From Zygnema circumcarinatum SAG 698-1b (taxonomy: Eukaryota; Plantae; Zygnematophyceae): 64,000 nucleotides of DNA. Positions 62,101-64,000 of the stretch are shown here, piece after piece (position 1 is the stretch's first letter; each line of letters begins with the position of its first letter). The DNA lies in the NCBI GenBank assembly GCA_037447605.1, contig CM074805.1, forward strand, positions 3,691,361 through 3,755,360, in the 5' to 3' direction. Under the pieces are notes generated by a model. That model was given only the letters and a program-made list of their open reading frames with translations. It was not told the DNA's origin and searched no databases. The position numbers and the translations under genes are program-made.

Positions 62101-63578
62101 GCCGACGAGATTGCACGGTTGTATGTTGACAAAGTGTGGAGCCAGCATGGTCTTCAGTCAGAAATTGTGTCTGACCGTGATCCACGATTCACCGGCCATT
62201 TTTGGACGGAAGTGCTCAAAATCGCGGGACCAAGGTGCGTTGAGTACAAAATTTTCCACCGCTAAACCGATGGGTTTATCGAACGGGTGAACAGTCCTCG
62301 AGGATTACCCGCATTATGTGGGACCCACCGATGGGTGATGAACCGCCCCGCTGGCTGAATACGCCATCAATAATGCTTACCAGGAGTCCATTGGTACCAC
62401 CCCTTTCTTCCTGAACTTTGGTCAGCATCCCCTAAATCCCCTGCAACCAAGGGATCAGCCCCCTGATCCGTGGAACATGGGCGTCCACAGAACCCCCGAC
62501 CCTTGGAAGCTGAGAGGGACTGATGGGACTCAACCTCCCGCAGTCAGATCTTTTGTCCGGCTAATGTCCGAGGCGCTGCAGAGGGCACGGCAGACCCTGC
62601 TAGCGGCCCAGTCGCGACAAAAGGCCTATGCTGACCGTCATCGTACCCAACTCACCTTCCGTGAGGGGCTTATGAGAGGTGTTGCTGGCACGCTTAACTT
62701 GGAGACTCAAAGCTTGGCGGCGAACACGAAGCCGGCCCCCGCTTCATGACCTTAAGGTCGCGGAAGCTTAATCAATGATGTCGCTTACAGGTTGGACTTA
62801 CCATCCCACGTGAAGGTGCATCCGGTCTTTCATGTGGGCTTGCTAAAAGTCTACCGTAGCGATGGGAGGATCCAGCCACCTCCCCCACCAGTGGAACTTG
62901 AGGGTGAACTTGAGTATGAAGTTGAAACCATTCAAGCCCACCGTCTTGTGAGAAAGGGTCGATCTTCCCGTCACGAATACCTCGTGAAGTGGTTGGGCTA
63001 TGGGGTTGAACATAGCACATGGGAAGCCGAGGGCAACTTAACCNNNNNNNNNNGGCGCGGGGTCCGACTGACAGTCCGTCCGTACCAACGGTAACCCGTA
63101 ATTCTACGGACGACGGTTACGTTCCAAAACGTAAGGAAGATGTGGTCGGGATTCCGTGATCCCTCGACCACATCGGCGACGCGATACGTATATGTCTCAG
63201 TATACCGCGCCGCATCGAACCCTTGCAACCCTCGCAAGGTTCGATCCCAGGACCCTTCCCGGTCCTAGGTGGTCCCCGACGCCTTGGCCACTCGGCCCGC
63301 GCCCGGGGTGAGAGTACTAGGACGGAGCGCGCCCTAAGTACACCTCCCGTGGGTGACTGTAGCGTTTCGCTACACATTATAAGCATGAGTGTTCAGTGTT
63401 ATCCGCCTCTCTCTCCATCTCTCTCTCTCCCCACTCTCCCTCTCCCCCCCATATATACACGTAGAAAGGAAAAAGGAGGCAGCTGCATACTACCTCGCAT
63501 GCTCACTCAACCTCAGAACCATCTGACCATCCGAAACCATTCAGCTACGCGAGTGGAAAAAGGCCCAAAAAAAAGCTT

Positions 63579-63744
63579 CCTCCTGGGAAGTCCCGGTGTC
63601 GCACCCACACCTTTTACTCTTTTCTTTCATTTTTGGAAATGGTCAAACATCAACATCGATGGTGTGACCAATCATGTTGGACATTGTCCTTGACCTGTTC
63701 TTGGCTGACGTCACAAGGTGACGCCTTGGCAGACTGCTTGTCTC
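63579..63744 (+). pseudogene. 5'-truncated 5S rRNA copy plus downstream spacer
   Basis: CCTCCTGGGAAGTCCCGGTGTCGCACCC and ~135 bp downstream are nearly identical to 50076-50239. Confidence 0.88.
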
Positions 63745-64000
63745 TGTTGAAGCAGGGGACTGTTCGCTGCCTCCGGCAACACCTCGTGTGTCGCCCTCCA
63801 CGGGAACTCGTGTTCCCACTGATGATGACATTTCCACTTTATCACTCTCAAGGCTCTATCTCAATTCAATCATCGCCCATAACTCACAAAAAGAATATCA
63901 GAGATAAGCACAGCGGATAACAACTGAGAGAAGTGTAGGAGAAAGCTCACGGCTCTAAAACTCCTTATATGAAATGTCCACCCACATGAAGTTCTCCCAC

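Larger units (their letters stand above)
56866..63043 (+). mobile_element. Second copy of the same chromovirus family in opposite orientation; 3' end lost in the assembly gap
   Basis: 5' LTR 56866-57565 (TGTAGC...TGTTACA), PBS, gag with zinc knuckle (C.RCRKEGHKARDCP), protease VDTG (~59695), RT ([22 protein letters not shown]; YLDD ~60736), integrase, chromodomain YEVETIQAHRLVRKGRSSRHEYLVKWLGYGVEHSTWEAEGNL. Confidence 0.88.
52429..63374 (-). mobile_element. Ty3/gypsy chromovirus LTR retrotransposon (outer element), frameshifted
   Basis: Minus-strand ends TGTAGC...TGTTACA with a perfect 5-bp TSD CATTA (52424-52428; 63375-63379). LTR parts at 52429-52733 and 63054-63374. Pol remnants: integrase HDPPYRGHMGVAKT...CPTCQRNK, WDSVGMDLITNLP, GPY/F KLWPRFIGPFKV, chromodomain YEVETIQAHR, RT/RNase H LRSFLGFANYFRKFI. 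Confidence 0.9.

Overview
Intron-rich eukaryotic nuclear DNA from a green plant-lineage organism. The gene content (AGPase large subunit, PsbP-domain protein, RUS1, HIPL1, CYP59), GA/CT microsatellites and 5S sequence suggest a streptophyte alga or similar; that assignment is inference. Bases 1-48.7 kb are gene-dense, mostly head-to-head pairs whose shared promoters carry clusters of G-box/ABRE (CACGTG/CACGTC) and CGTAC motifs. The genes, in order: telobox Myb (3' part), gamma-glutamyl hydrolase, RUS1, a bacterial-type Rid gene with a decayed inverted paralog, an uncharacterised conserved protein, a CxxC-BTB protein, a PsbP-domain protein, AGPase large subunit, HIPL1-like, tubulin cofactor A, an intronless animal/bacterial-type alanine-glyoxylate aminotransferase with a signal-peptide-like leader, and CYP59. 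Bases 48.8-64 kb form a Pol III/mobile zone. It holds tRNA-Gly(GCC), a 5S rRNA gene inside a ~950-bp foldback element built from CAACCATTG units, and a second truncated 5S+spacer copy. It also holds a Ty3/gypsy chromovirus (TG...CA ends, CATTA target-site duplication) containing an oppositely oriented copy of the same family. Both retroelement copies conserve a -1 ribosomal frameshift signal and an unexplained ~150-aa segment between Gag and protease. Three 10-N assembly gaps lie at 4479-4488, 52734-52743 and 63044-63053. Exon boundaries were read by eye and family assignments come from motif recognition, not database searches.
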